64,000 bases of DNA from a virus. The stretch covers positions 1 through 64,000 of the IMG/VR virus record IMGVR_UViG_3300048088_000314, one strand, 5' to 3'. Positions 63,545 to 64,000 of the stretch are shown one piece after another. The position numbers and the translations under genes are program-made. Each line of letters opens with the position of its first letter. The stretch's first letter is position 1. The notes beneath the pieces were generated by a model that saw only the letters and a list, made by a program, of their open reading frames with translations, was not told the origin of the DNA and did not search any database.

Positions 63545-64000
63545 ATGGCCTCTTTCTTCGCGGTCCTCAACCACGGCAACGTCGCGCTCCTCGACGTCGA
63601 GGCGTTCTGCGCCGCCACTGAGGAGCTGATCCTCTCGAAGATCGTGCCGTTCTGGCCGGACTTCGCCGGCACCCGCATCCGGCCGGTTCCCGAGGGCGAC
63701 AAGGAGTTCGCCCACGAGATCCCGATCAGCATCGCTCCGAACGCGACGATCGCCGGGACGCTCGGCTACCACACGACGACGCTGCTCGGCCTGCCGGTGG
63801 GCACCGTGGAGCTTGAGGCGTGTGAACGGTACAACTGGCCGTGGACCGTAGCGGGGAGCCACGAGATCGTCGAGATACTCGGCAACCCATCTGTCTCGCA
63901 ATTCGTCCGCGCCGGCGGTCGGACCTTCCCAAGGGAACTCGTCGACTTCACTACAAGCACCCAGATCGACATCGTCGGGGTTCCGGTCTGCTCCTGCGTG
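63545..64000 (+). CDS. zincin-like metalloprotease (partial, runs off window end)
   Basis: LGYH..SHEIVEILGNP..RELVD. Confidence 0.55.
   Translation, partial: MASFFAVLNHGNVALLDVEAFCAATEELILSKIVPFWPDFAGTRIRPVPEGDKEFAHEIPISIAPNATIAGTLGYHTTTLLGLPVGTVELEACERYNWPWTVAGSHEIVEILGNPSVSQFVRAGGRTFPRELVDFTTSTQIDIVGVPVCSCV

Overview
A 64-kb, GC-rich segment of a tailed bacteriophage with podovirus-like morphogenesis genes; an alphaproteobacterial host is plausible but unproven. Gene order: probable portal C-terminus, GroES, scaffold, decoration protein and major capsid protein (MCP); a 38-tRNA array covering all 20 amino acids, interrupted by HNH genes, a scrambled mini-capsid gene and a Ro60 (TROVE/vWA) gene preceded by two Y-RNA-like structures; tail genes; a 1934-aa ejection protein; a 4611-aa DarB-like polyvalent protein carrying two nested genes; an envelope-modification module; and a lysis region containing a second MCP paralogue. 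The standout locus is 28159-30974. A Cas7/RAMP-like gene and a small helical partner are flanked by two non-coding arrays of GG(Y)NN pentamers punctuated by a GGCGGT-N-NN delimiter. Read as codon positions 1-2 with the wobble base skipped, the variable dinucleotides of some units spell conserved mobile-element motifs (INPHLFRHIA, tyrosine recombinase; GGLHVYF, primase-polymerase). This suggests a non-CRISPR, RNA-guided system with gapped target recognition. All family calls come from manual motif recognition; no searches were run.
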